Part shown: positions 35,046 to 47,714 of the stretch, piece after piece
How positions within the stretch are numbered: the first letter of the stretch is position 1
Layout of the letters: each line of letters starts with the position of its first letter
NCBI GenBank assembly: GCA_010015805.1
Contig: ML978124.1
Span: 992,001 to 1,056,000, forward strand
Length of the DNA stretch: 64,000 bases
Direction: 5' to 3'
From: Rhizodiscina lignyota
Lineage: Eukaryota
Program-made: the position numbers and the translations under genes
The notes under the pieces: generated by a model
The model's database searches: none
What the model was told of the DNA's origin: nothing
Seen by the model: only the letters and a program-made list of their open reading frames with translations

Positions 35046-35667
35046 ATGCCCAAGCCCAAGCATCGGACTGGGACCAAGGATGTTCAACACCACCAGAGAG
35101 CGTCAAACGAACTGGGAACTGTCTGTCTAATAATCGCACCTCAATGGTACACCTCCACTGCGATACTAATATTTTGCAGCAAAGGCGTGACAACCCTCCG
35201 CGCGGCTCTGATGCCTCTGGGGTCGACCCTCAACCACCACAAACTCCAGTTAGCCGGGCACAATTCGACTTTTGATCCTTGCTAATGGTTCTTAGTGGCC
35301 GCAGCCTCCGCAGCCTCCGCCAAAGAGATCAGACGTTTCCGAATACGGCAATCAAGGGCATTCAATTATGTCATCACAGTCTAACCAAGCCTATTATGAG
35401 CAGTCATCGACGGCTAGTTTTGAGACATCTGAAGGGGTTAATTATGAGAGCGACCCGATAAATGTTACGCAGACATTGGACTCCAACCAAGCACAAAGCG
35501 ACAACACCACCTGGGCGGGCGGCCAGCAGCAGCAGAGTGCGTATCCGGCCCACTCTGGATACAGGGCGACGGAGTTGTTGCACATCTACACAGATCCTAA
35601 TGGACAGCAATGGTACCATGTGTTGGATTCGGCAACGGGTAAGTTATGTGACGCAATCAAAGGGTAG
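35046..35667 (+). CDS. Small hypothetical Pro/Gln/Ser-rich protein, 3 exons
   Basis: Two introns (~35121-35179 with CTAAT..GCAG; ~35249-35296 with GCTAAT..TTAG) join three ORF fragments in one frame ending LCDAIKG*. Confidence 0.55.
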
Positions 35668-36649
35668 AAAAGTTTAAATTGCCTAACCACTCTCAGGCGC
35701 TACCTACTGGACAGAGACAGATCCCAGATGTTCTTGAGGTGTAGAGTATTTTGTACTGTAGATAGTCCAATTATTACAAAACACATAGCAAAAGAATTCG
35801 CAATTCTTATCCCCTTACCCCCACCTATTGGCCCATTTCCTACACGGCAAATCATTAGGTAGTATTCTGTCGCAGACGGGAAACTGATTTGCCTACAGTG
35901 GGGCCGTGCATTAGCGCTAACGATGTGCATATGTACATACGCCCGGTTGCCTTCTTTTTGCCTTAAATACGAACTCATCGGTGTGCATATTTGCGAACAA
36001 CTGACGAACCAAGTTGGATAAAAGCGGTCGATACCCGGGGCTCTGCTGAGACTCGGGCGTAACTGTACACGACGCGTGCATAAAGTCATCCGCAAACAGC
36101 GCATCGATCATCATGAGGCAAGGGCGAGCACTAAATGTTGAGCCTCCAGACGTATTCAAAGGAGGTCTGCGGCACGGCTTGATTCGTTGCCGAACTTTTC
36201 AACCTCCATGGCCATGGTGCTTGACGTGAATATTCTTTGGACAAGGCAGGGCCACGAAAGGTGAGTTTGCGCCATGAATATGAAGGCATGGGTTTGCAAG
36301 GCCCCCCTCCATTCCTGAATGCCTCGCAATGGAAGCTGACCGCCAAAATGAATCTTCCACAGGTTTTCAAGGACTCCCCAAGGACGACAAGATTGTGGCA
36401 CAGGTCTCGCTGGCAGGGATCAAAGCGAAGGTGCGGCAAATCGGACGAAGAAGGTGGTCCGACAATGTCTTCTGACACTGATTCTAATCGTGCGGAGGTG
36501 CCTTCTAAATCTCGTAAGCCGGAGTTAAAAACAGCCTAATGTCTTTGCGGCTCTGAGCCTTGTGGGCTATTGAATAACATTTTGATCTAGCCTCGCCCGA
36601 CTCCAAACAATGGATTCCCCTTCGGAAATCGTATCACGGATTGAAAAAT

Positions 36650-37749
36650 ATGCTGGCGAACGGTGATAAAGATGTTGGAGATGGTCGCTTCGACAATCTA
36701 TACAGAGAGAAAAGTGTGTCAAGAAAGTTCTCAGGAGGACTATCCGCTTACGCCGTGCAGTCGTGGATTACCCAAACGGTTACCCGAAGTTGTCTGCTTT
36801 CATCAACAGTGACGACTCATTCCGCGTCTATCGCCGGTTTGGGACGCTGAGGGTCCGATTGATCCTCCATTGTCAGGCTGAGCTCAATGCATTGGAAAAG
36901 AAGCTCAATGAAATTGACAAAGAGGATGCGAAAGATGAAAAGACCGCATTTCGTATTCAATCGATTAGCTACGACAAAGATGATGAGACTTCGACTGTCA
37001 GAGAGCGCTTAATTAACGAGATTGGTCAAAAATTGAAAGAATACGGTCAATATCAGTCTGTCTAGAAACGTTTTACCAAAAGCTAACATATAAAGACGAT
37101 CTCCTGGAAGAGGAGAGCAAGTCGCTGTCCATGCTCCGACCGACAAAACGCAACCATCGCAGTGTCTTCAATTTCGCCTACAATAAGAGGTTCTTGGTTT
37201 ATGATGAAACCGAATTTCTCAATCATGAAGACGATTTTGTCACAACCGCTCAGGATCAAGATTCACACCTCCACGTTGCTATTGAAAAATTGATCCAAAT
37301 ATTTGGGAGACCATGGCTCCACGTGAGGCTAGCGACTGACCAGTAATTACCTGAACATGAGCCGGCTAACATCAACAGCACATATTTTCAACCAATGCTC
37401 AACGGGCATCTCGTGGGGACGAACAAATTAACCTATATTCCGCCAAACGTATCAGCTTCGTCGTGCAGATACTAGTCTCAACTTTGCTCATCGCTGCGTT
37501 GATGGCACCCATCTGCCTACTGTTTGAGGTAGACACGACGAATAAAGCAAAAATGGTCATAGTCTTCGCGTTCTTGATATTATTTCCTCCACTCATGAAA
37601 GTCTTGACGAGGGCCAAGAATCACGAACTCTTTGCTATTACCGCCGGGTGAGAAAATTCTCCAAATTCGGAGTGTATCTGTTAAAATTAACACAAAAGTA
37701 CAGATACTGTGCCGTACTCGTCGTGTTTCTCGGGAATTTCTCGAAATAA
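36650..37749 (+). CDS. DUF6594-family membrane protein, 5 exons
   Basis: GYPKLSAFI.SD..F.VYRRFG.L..R.IL..Q.EL at the N-terminus; C-terminal TM helices ending ELFAITAGYCAVLVVFLG; four introns restore the frame. Confidence 0.85.
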
Positions 37750-38027
37750 AGCCTGATATCTAAGAGTACTTTGTCCTATAGATTGAAGTGTAGGGGGCCT
37801 TCGCTGGCTGTGGTTTCGTTGATTCATAGAGATTGATCCCGCTCGTGTGGCGACATGTTGATGTGGGTACCGAAATGCTCAAGGTATATCAGATCGAAAT
37901 GAAATTTCATTTCGCAACATTGGAGGGATTTTGTGCTGTTAAAAAAAGACAGAAGATCGAATCGTTATCCATGCATTTCTGCCATTGAGAAATATTGTAC
38001 ACGCAAGCAAAATTCTCGCTACACTCG

Positions 38028-41000
38028 TTACAGTTCAATCAAATCCACCTCCGAGAAGTCTGGTGGCGCGCGCCGAAACACCACTCTACCCTTCCGGTCT
38101 AAGCCCGTAAACTCATTACTGATCCAAATCTTATCACTGAACTTCTGCGTCCTGCGCACCTCGTCATCACTAACGCCCAAGTCATCTCGGGGGATCCAGA
38201 TCACCGGACGCCGGGCCTGCAGCGCCTTGTGAAGGAACGCCCGCTGGATGAGACGATCACGCTCTTCGGGCGTCAGATCTTCGATGACATCGTGGAAACT
38301 GCCGAAGAGAGCGTCGCCGGCTGCATGCCCCGCCCCGACACCTCCTGCTTCCAGGTCCTTCTCTGGTGCAGCCGGTCTGTGGTGGTGATGATGATGCGGT
38401 TTGTGTTCCGGTGAGAAGTGTTGCCTGGACACGCGTCTCTCATCAACTTCATTTGGACGCTTATTTTGGGAGCGATCAGCCCAGGATGTCCTTGTTCGCG
38501 TGGCGGCGAAGGGTTTCTTGACAAGCGTGTTAAGGCGAGTGATGGCCGCCAGCCCACCACCAGACTTCCTCCGTTCCTTGATAGCTGCAGCCTCAGCCTC
38601 TTCAGCGAGTCTTTCCTCGTTCTCCTCCTCTCTTTCTCTGCGCTCCAGTGCGTCCTCGATATCCTCGCCTTCCTCTCCATCGCTCACACCCTCCCACTTC
38701 TTGCCATTTGCACGTGCAAATTCCTCATCACGTGCAACAGCGTCGTCTTCCAGGGTGATGGGTATGTAGCGGTACAAGGGGCTGAAGAAGTAGTTGACCA
38801 TGGTTTGAAAAAGGACTGTGATGAGGAATACCACAATCATAATAATGGCTTGCGGTACGCAAGCGGTGGTGCCTCTCTCATTCCTTACGAGGAAGAAGAG
38901 ACCGATCAGGGCGACCTCCATGACGTATATTCCAGTGAATAGTTGGTTGACTGCCCTTGGGAACAGAAGACCACCGGTGTCAAAGCGTGATTGGTTGACA
39001 TAAAGAGTCTGGTAGCGGTATGAGACCCAAAAGACGGTAAACGTGATAATATTGAAGACAAGAATGAGAGGTGCGATAACAGAGTAGATGAGTCCTGTAT
39101 GACGATCAGCAATCAGGCCAAGAGAGATGGCTGTAAAAGCCCTTCTGGTGCTTACCGATGCACGCCAAATTGGTGTAGACGGGGAAGAAGGTACCCCATC
39201 TAACATTGGGCAGCCGGAGCTGGCGATTGAACTTTTGGCGGGCGGTATTGTCCGCGATTGGACGCCATAAAAACCAGAGCACTAGGGTTCCAATTTGAGC
39301 AAGCGAGCCGGCGCTCACTGACAATGCTTGAAGCAACATATAAGAAAAGAAATAATCGCTAGCCCTTGGGATGTTCTGAGCCAGAATTTCCGCTATTCTG
39401 GTTGGGTTCTGGGAGATCTCAGGAATAAGTTTGTAGATGCTGGTCGATATGGTTACGACCAGGAACACCTGTACGAATAGGAAGCCGAAGTAATAGCCCT
39501 GGACTGATAGCTCGACTGCCATGCCTGTGTGGACACCTTGCAGGCGGGAAGCAAGTCGGAGAATGACTGGGAGAAGCGCTAGAAGAATCCCGAGCAGCGC
39601 AAAAGGCAGAACGCCTTGCAGTGCTGAAATGAGCCATTTAGGCATTTTCAGAATCCACGAAAGGCTTTTGTACTGCGTACCAAGCCACGAAAGATTCGAG
39701 ATTGCTGAAGTGAAAGAAACTGGAAGTACCCAAGCTATGATCAGTCCAGAGATGAGAAGGAAGACGACGCCAACACGGAGCAGGCGCTCCCACCACTTGA
39801 TAGACAAATTGTCCCAAATGACATCATCAGGTGCAATCTCTACGATACGGGGAGCCATATGAAGAGGCACGTGATGACTAACAGACTGACAAGCCATGTG
39901 TGCAGCAACTTGGTGGTTGAACTGAATGAAAGCCGAGTTCATGAGTGGGTACTTCTCCGGCTCCTGTTGGTCCTGTTCGATTTCGAGATTGAGACGTGCG
40001 AGCTCTTTCCGACAATAGTAGATCAAGTCTACCTTCTTGCCTATGCCTGTCCAAGAAGGCATATGCGGCAGCCATGACAAGCCAAAAAGAGGTAGTCTGG
40101 TACTGGCACGATCTTTGTCCGAAAGATACTTCTTCCACTCGGGATCCGCATCCAGGCCTTGGTCGTCGGCGAACTCTTCATTGAAAGCCACAGGATACTG
40201 TTCCTTTACTTCGTCTTCGTCTTTGGGACGTTTCGAGAAGATGCTGAGTAGCTTGCTTCTGGCCATTTTGTCGTCCTTTGTAACTGCATTCTGCTTCGCC
40301 TTGGCAGTCGGCGAGTTGCCAGATAAATCTGTCAATGGAAATTCGTCTCCCTCCGCATGTTTTGGTTCGGGAGTGGGTAGCACTATGCCGTGGTCGGTCC
40401 TCCAAAACTGCCAACGCGGTGCCGGTGCGACTTGCAAGTTTTGTGTCCACGAGTCAGGCGCAGTCATTGGGCGACTGTCGTAGCTTGTCTTCCCGGCAGC
40501 CGCCGAAGCAGTGCTTGGTCTCCTTGTGTCAATATCTAAAGACTCGTGAAGTGTAGGCGAAGGAGGTTGTGGTAGTGAGGACTTCTTCTCCAAACCACGG
40601 GTCGCTGCCCGACTGACATACTTGGGGCTCCCCTTGGATCTTTCAGGGTCCCGCCAGTTGCCAGCAGTATCAGAGGAGATCCGATCCGGAGCATTCTCAT
40701 TCCGCAGAGTAGTGTGCGACTCCACCGGGACCACTGTGCGAACAGTGTCTTGGGGGTTCTGAGAAGTAGAGAGTGTTCGATCTGTGTTAAAATCCGCAGG
40801 ACCATCCACCACATAGCCATCATTGACGGCATCAAGGCGGTCATTGACAGCCTTTGGCACATTCATCACTTCACCAACAATATTCTTCCCGAATTTCGTA
40901 AAACCTTGGCCCATGGCGCCCAAACCGTGTCCGATCGTCCCAAGCCCCTGTCCGATGATCGGGATAGGCAAGGCTTTCGATCTCTCGGTATTAACTGTCT

Positions 41001-42103
41001 CTTCTTGTTCAGAAGATGAATCAGAAGTGATGCCGAGGGTTTCATCTAGTGTATGAGCTTGGTGAGGGTTTCCAGAGCTCACTCCACCTTCTTCGGCCAT
41101 TCGAAGACCTGCGCTGTCCCTCTCAGCCCTCAGTCTGGCTTTTTCTGGTTTCGAACGCTTCTTCCCGGCCTCCTTCTCTTCCTTTTTCTTCATTTCCATT
41201 TGTTTTGCTTTGGCCTTTTTCACCAAGGCAGTCTCTGCACCCTCTAACATTCTTGCCAGCTTATCACGGAGGTTGACCTTCTCGTTGAGCTCGTCGAAGT
41301 TACGGTTGATCCAGATGTTGCGAATTCCTCCGGGAAAAACATCGTACAAGCCATCAAGTGCCTCATATGTCAGCCACTTGCGCGGGATGCTGGTGACCAA
41401 GACAGTTGTGGCCGACGCTCGTAGCCTGTGTTGTGGGGAGGTAAGATATGCCTGCCGCACGCGGATATAACCACGCAACTCTGTCGTTATCACATAAAAT
41501 GTCCAAATCAACAGAGTGCAGGCCAGCACGAGATGTGTCCAGAACCTGTCAGTGTGTGCGGGATCGTAGTTCTGCCAGCCCAGCTTGTCCAGCCCTTTGA
41601 TGGTTTTGGCGCCGCGGTAGGCGTGATTCATCGGAATTAGGATGGGTAGAAACAGGACAGCCGTAGGGACAAAGATCTTCAGGAGCATCTGGAGGTATCG
41701 GAGGAAGAAGTATGCATCCAGACCGCATTTCGAGATGAGTTCCGCACTTGACGTCCGAAACACTGGCACTACCCATCGCCAAAGTCCCCCCGGTGGAGGA
41801 GTTGTACGGTCCTTTTCCGAGACAAGATACGTCTTTGGACGGCTAGTTGAAAGTCAGCTACCACATTCAGTGAGCATATAACGATAGAAAATTGTCGTCA
41901 TACTATATTCGGGTGAACTTGTTCCGCAGGAGGTAGAAGAGAAATATTTGCGCTCCAAAAATCGCCAACGCCGAACCTAGGGAGCCTAGGAAAGTGCTGA
42001 TGGTCTGTCCCGCTGCCTCCTGGGCTGCTCCAGCATTGTCGCTCGTGTTTACAAACGACGAATCCCTCACTTCCAACACTATGTTATCTGCCAGAAAATC
42101 CAT
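38028..42103 (-). CDS. CSC1/OSCA/TMEM63 (RSN1/PHM7, DUF221) calcium-permeable channel, 3 exons
   Basis: IYRPKTYLV, GLDAYFFLRYL, SAFIQF, PDDVIWDNL, FLFVQVFLV, DTGGLLFP and WIPRDDLGVS motifs; two canonical introns. Confidence 0.93.
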
Positions 42104-42541
42104 GATGGCGTTGACGATGCATAGTCAGGGCAGGAATACAAAGAGGAAGGACAAGTCGCAACCGTTTGGGTTGAGAGCAGTCTGTGGAAAGCCTCTATGG
42201 CAGGGAAGGGCGATTGTGAGGGAGGTCGATCGCACCAAACCAAAGAGGCTACTGCGAGCCAATTGAGCCTCTGGTCGATCAATAAACCTGGTTTGATTGT
42301 CGATCCCGTTAACGCAAGGGCTATGTGTTTGTCGTCAACAAAGGAGACTTTTAGATGCGCCGGTGAAAACGCAAACGGAGTAGGATGAAAGGTTTCGTGG
42401 AGGATGTATCAGAAGCGCAAAAAGGGACAGTCACAGCAGTATAGAAACGAAGACGTAGGTGGAGTTGTTCGAGCAGGGATATGCGTAAAAGGAGCATGAA
42501 ACGGTTCGAGCGCGCGTAAAAGGCAAATCACGCGTCGCCAT

Positions 42542-42549
42542 TGACGTCA
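42542..42549. promoter_or_regulatory. CRE/ATF palindrome TGACGTCA upstream of the CSC1-family gene
   Basis: Perfect 8-mer about 440 bp upstream of ATG 42103, next to ACGCGT at 42530. Confidence 0.35.
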
Positions 42550-43015
42550 TGCCGAGCAGCGCAGCGGCTCCCCGTCCCGCGTTTGCAAGGGGTAGACGCC
42601 TTGATAGGCTCTCACGCACGGAAAGTGTATCGCTTAAATCAGGATTTCCATGTCATTCGACTCATTCCCTATCGTTCATCGACATCGTCAAAGAGTATAG
42701 GGCAGGCCTCACGAAACACTTCAGGCTGCGCCCTGTTTCATTTCATAGCTTGGCAGGGTAGTTATCGTGGCTGGGCTTCCACCTTCCCGGAACCTGGAAC
42801 GGGGTATACGTGGCGCATCACTGCAAATTGAACGGCAAAAGGTAGAGTAATCAAAAACTTGGATGAGATCAGAGATCGATTTGACTATTACATGCTTAAA
42901 TTAAGGCTACATTCTCAAAACCCAAAGCCATATCTTGTTGTTAGGCCGTCCATACGCCGGGGCTATGCAGATGCTGTATGTCCATGACAATGCATTCCAA
43001 CGCTGAATTTAGCCT

Positions 43016-43723
43016 TTACTCAATGGTGATCTTGCGGTTCTCTGGCTTCGCGGCCTTGGGCACAACAATGCTGAGAACGCCATTCTGAAGGCTGGCCGTC
43101 ACGGCCTCCTGGTTGACTCTGGAAGCGAAGGAGAAGCTGCGGCTGAATTCGCCGACGAAGCGCTCAGACAGCCAGGGCTTGCTCTCGGGCTGCTGCTGCT
43201 CTGGTTGAGCTTGTGGCGGGGCTACCTCAGAAGTTGGTTCGGCAGGAGCTGCAGTTGATGGGCCGGCTTCAGATGTGGCGGGAGTGTCGACCTCAGTCCA
43301 CTCCTTCTCGTCCTCGACGGTAGGTTGATGAGACTTTACGCTGGCGTTGTCAGCGGTGGTTGTCGAGGCGTCATTCTCATGGTATTGAGCAGCCTCTTCG
43401 ACGGCCCTTTCTTCAGTGGAGGCAGCCGACTGGTTGTGCTCCTCTACGCGTCCTCTGACGGTCAGGGTGTTCTCGTCCGTGAACTCGATGGAGATGTTCT
43501 TCTGGTCAACGCCAGGGAGCTCACCCTCGAGGGTGTAAGCGTCCGCACCCTCAAACACGTTGAAACGAGGAGCGAATGGACGCCTGACTTGACGCCGAGG
43601 GGGACGAACGAGCTCGTTCAAGGTGTCATCGAACAGGCTAAGCAGTGGTGCAAAGTCGTTACGAACCACGCGTGCGTGAGGAGCGCAGCGGGCTGGTCGG
43701 TAGACTGGGAGGAAGAAAGACAT
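43016..43723 (-). CDS. hsp30: Small heat shock protein (Hsp20/alpha-crystallin family, fungal Hsp30 type)
   Basis: PRFNVFE..Y.LEGELPG, IEFTD..TL.VRG, SERFVGEFSRSFSF and ASLQNGVLSIVVPK motifs; C-terminal ITI motif. Confidence 0.93.
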   Translation of the reverse strand: MSFFLPVYRPARCAPHARVVRNDFAPLLSLFDDTLNELVRPPRRQVRRPFAPRFNVFEGADAYTLEGELPGVDQKNISIEFTDENTLTVRGRVEEHNQSAASTEERAVEEAAQYHENDASTTTADNASVKSHQPTVEDEKEWTEVDTPATSEAGPSTAAPAEPTSEVAPPQAQPEQQQPESKPWLSERFVGEFSRSFSFASRVNQEAVTASLQNGVLSIVVPKAAKPENRKITIE

Positions 43724-43997
43724 GTTGTTTGTGTATTGAGGTAAGCTGTAAGGCTTGATGAGTTTGAAGGAGAGCGTTTTGAAAGTTTGGATTGATCGAA
43801 GAGCTGATCTTGAGAATGATGATGATGGTTGAAATAAAAAAGATCGAGAACGTTATATACTTGAACTTACACTCTGCTGGAACCTACGAGACTTCACTCG
43901 TCTATGAGAAATCATGCTTACCGCAGGAGGCAATGGGAACGCGACAGCGTTGATGCCTTTGATGGTGCAATTGATGAGTTGAAAGATGGCAAAGAAG

Positions 43998-44027
43998 GGA
44001 AGCTTCCAGAAACCTCCCGAAGATTCG
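43998..44027. promoter_or_regulatory. Heat shock element (six alternating nGAAn units, one mismatch)
   Basis: gGAAgcTTCcaGAAacCTCccGAAgaTTCg, about 275 bp upstream of the sHSP ATG; TATATAA on the minus strand at 43853-43859. Confidence 0.85.
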
Positions 44028-45731
44028 CCGCCATTCCATGGTGATGACTGCCAAGACTCACGTGATGTCTATTTTTGGTGTAACAAAACGTCCAAATTCT
44101 GATATCCATTCTTGAAGTTGGCGATTGATACCACAAACGTGGGCAAGTCTCCTTAGCTGCGGGATAATTTCATTGTTTCGGATGACGCGCAGTTGATCTT
44201 TCCATTCGTTTCACTCATGTGTCCCGATAATGACTTCTTTCAGGCGATAAGCCACTTCATTCTCTGAACTTAGCTTCGTCTCAACTCACCGTATTGCTTT
44301 CGTATCTCACGGATGAACAGTGTTAAATGTTCTACGTACCTCCCAGTTGTCTTATGGCTGTGACAAGGACCCTTGTTCTATCGAGCAAAGAAAGAGACGT
44401 GTTAGCCTGGACCAAAAGACGTGAGTCGGCGGCGGTAACCGTAGTTTGTTTCTGCAGGCCGCGCGAGTATCGATCCGCGAGCCATGGGAGAAACAACTGT
44501 CTAGTCCCGATAGTAAGGCTCTACTGCTCTCATTGGTACGACAAAATCAACAGCAAAATCGTACAGAAACAGCCCAAGCTCCGGGCCGTCAAGCTAGAAG
44601 TCGCCTTATTTGAAGCGTTAGATTGATGACTGTCGACAGGCTCCCTACAAGGAACTCGCATCATCATCTATTGAATGAGGAGTGATGTTTCACGATCTTT
44701 GCCTTTCAGAAATCTCGATGTTGGCACGCCGCTAATGATGACTCTGTCCGGCGTCCCCGCGGTTACCGTCGCATTGCAGCGCCCATCACTTCTTAAGCGA
44801 AGCCTAGATTCTGAAAGATTAATCCGCGGGTGCTTGTTGTCCTAGGAGCCACAACAACAGCGGTGCAGATATGGCGGAATATGGCAATCGTGGCCCTATC
44901 GTAAGTCAGTGTGACAAGAGTTAAATCGGCTCGGTGATGTCCTCGTGAGAAGGATATGATTCTGTCTGCCAGGTTCCCATATCTATTTGATCGAACGAGA
45001 AGAGGATCGACTTATGTTTCGCTTGATGACATGCATAAACCAAGGTCATCAACGTGTTTGATGAAGTGGAGGAAATGCGGAGTTGCTTCGTATCAGATCC
45101 GCGCGCCCCCTAAAAACAACCTCAACTGAAACCGCAGAAGGGGCGAATGAGCTTCGTTATGAGTCTCATGATCGTGCGATATGCTGTTAGTTGAATCTAG
45201 TCGATAGCTTATTGCACAATAGAAATGGGTCCCGCGCCGTCCAGATCCGTTCTGCTTTTCCTATTCGGGTCACAAAAACCCGCGTGCCTGAAAACTAAGA
45301 TAGCAACAGCCTCGACATGCGCCCTCATGACGAGGTCTTACGAATACATACTGTGCTGAGTACCCTTTGAACGGTTTGTTTGACCCTTTAAAGTATATCC
45401 GCCAGTGCTCGTTAGCAAGAACCCTTGCACGGCGGCCAGGTACAGAGCCCAAAAGTTCTCATGGAATCTCCACCCTATCCGCCCGAAGCGGAAGTCCACG
45501 ATGTTCACTGGCCGATATCAGATCCTGTTGACAGTAGTGCAAATTAGAAGCCATGTGTCAGTTTATCGTGAATCGATCATAATCGCGCAATGATTAACGC
45601 AACATCCTCTCAGAGTATAAAAAGCTGATAAGGGAACACCCTCGAAGCCCGTCTATCTTCGCTTCTTATAGTTACTCCATTCGGATATTCCACTACTCTC
45701 TATACAACAGTCTCTAAGTACATTTCCTAAA

Positions 45732-46991
45732 ATGGCTTCAGACGTCTCTGGTGTTCAGGCGGCCGAAGAGCCCCCGCTCCTCTCTATCCCAGATGCTTCT
45801 CTCTTTGATGCCGATGCGCATCTTGCCTACACTCCACCAGCAACTATTCATTCACTGGCAGATCTCGGTCTTCCTCTCTCCCCTCTCTCCCCTATTGGTT
45901 CCACTGATCCCTTTCCCCTCCTCACACAAGAGGCAGTCGAAGCACATCGCCGCGAGATTTTCTCCAAGGATGTCATCGACAATTGTCTCTACGTTACCCG
46001 CAAAGGGTCTTGTACTGTGCGAGGCATGGCCCCACGCTACGCGCCCTTCATTAACGCCTTCTGGAAGAGCAAAGAGGTGCTTGAAATCGTCAGCCGCCTT
46101 GCCGGCGTTGAGCTAGTACCAGTGTTGGACCATGAAATCTGTCACACCAATGTCCAGCTGGGCCCTGAAGGCGTGGAGGGCGTGAAAAGGACACCGATTG
46201 TCCCACCAGTGTCAACGCCGGAGGCGATCAAGGAGATGGATGAGTGGAACGAGAGGCAGAAGGTCGAATCACCCGCTGAAGCGGACAACCCAAATAAGGT
46301 GAGTCTGATGAGAGGTCGAAGTAGGAACTCCGTTAACATAAAGCGTCGCAGGTGGTCGTTCCGTGGCATAGAGACTCGCATCCTTTTGTTTGCGTCGTCA
46401 TGTTGAGTGATACAAGGCACATGACCGGTGGAGAAACAGAGTTGATGAGGGGTGACGGGACGACTGTGAAAGTCCGATCGCCTCAATACGTAAGTCGCTG
46501 CAAGCTACGACCAGATTACCTAAGACATTAGCTGATACTCGCATCTTCAGGGTGGAGCCGTCGTTTTGCAGGGACGACATGTCTCTCACCTCGCACATCC
46601 CGCGAAGAACATGCCAGAGCGGATTACTGTCGTGACGGCTTTCCGTCCCAAGGACCCGCGACTTTTCGACGACTCGTCGCACATGAACGTGCGCAAACAA
46701 TCACGCCTTCCAGAATTGTTTTATCAATGGACACAGTACCGTCTGAAGCTCCTTAGTGAGCGATTCAGGCTTGAACAGGAAGAGTTGGAACAGCGTTACC
46801 AGGACGCCGTTCTGAAGAACGATCAAGGATTGAGAGGAGCCCTTAATGATCCAGTCGTTGATGTTGATGAGCTCACGAAGTGGATGGAATCGCAAATGCG
46901 GTACATGAAGAAGACCCTGTATGAAATGAGACCCGTTGTTGCTGATGACTGGATCATCAAGAACAGTTTGGATGACGGATTGGTTATGTAA
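45732..46991 (+). CDS. Uncharacterised Fe(II)/2-oxoglutarate dioxygenase-fold protein, 3 exons
   Basis: Spliced WHRDSHPFVCVVMLSD..MTGGET..LQGRHVSHLA..ERITVVTAFRP (HxD..H..R). Introns ~46299-46351 and ~46490-46550; TATAAAA near 45617. Confidence 0.8.
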
Positions 46992-47166
46992 ATATTCAGC
47001 GTTTGGACGTCTGCATCCTGGACATGGAGCAGCTTGATGACTGCGAGTAATGGATTCTCGACTCGACAAACATGTTATGTTCCGAGTTTGCTACAGCAGT
47101 AGCCTAAATTCCTGTGCCTTTCTTTATGAGAAGATCTTTTTGATATGTACAAGTGGTCTTCTTCCT

Positions 47167-47714
47167 TCAATCCGACTCCGAATCCGATGGCGCCTTTACG
47201 AGTGTTAGTGAAGCTATGTACAGGTCTCGGCACGTAAACTTACGATAACAGCGCCAGAGCCTCCCAATTCCTTGTCCAAACCTCCTGGAAACCTTCTTGG
47301 CGTCGTAGGCGTATCTGGATAGTACTGATATACCACTGCACACAAGCCGGCAAACGTCGCTACGAACGTTCCGAACAATACGAGACCCCAGCTTGCTTTG
47401 ACCCATGTATAGTCTTCGGTTGAGAAAACTCCCAAGATATCGTTGTCTTCGTGCACCGGTTCTCCAAAATTGCGACGCTCCTGCTTGTCCCACCAATCGC
47501 CGTACGGGTCGCGGTGCTGTCTCTTTACAGCCGGCAATATCGGATAACCGCCATTCATACCCGGATCCTCGACATTCGGATCCACCTCCGCTTCTGCCTG
47601 TGTCGTAGCTCTGCGAATCTGCGAGGCGATAAGAGGTTGACGGACGATTGCAGTTGAGTGTCTCGAGGCTTGGAAGAGGGGGCGCGCTGCCCGAACAGCT
47701 GTTCGGGGCAACAT
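47167..47714 (-). CDS. NDUFB8: NADH:ubiquinone oxidoreductase subunit B8 (ASHI), mitochondrial, 2 coding exons
   Basis: Arg-rich presequence; DPGMNGGY..KRQHRDPYGDWWDKQERRNFGEPVHEDND; single TM helix; 3' intron GTAAGT..CTAAC..AAAG. Confidence 0.92.

Noticed and set aside
44041..44813. C/D box-like pairs (GTGATGA..CTGA at 44041-44102; ATGATGA..CTGA at 44734-44813)
   Set aside because: No clear terminal stem and no rRNA-complementary guide that I could recognise.
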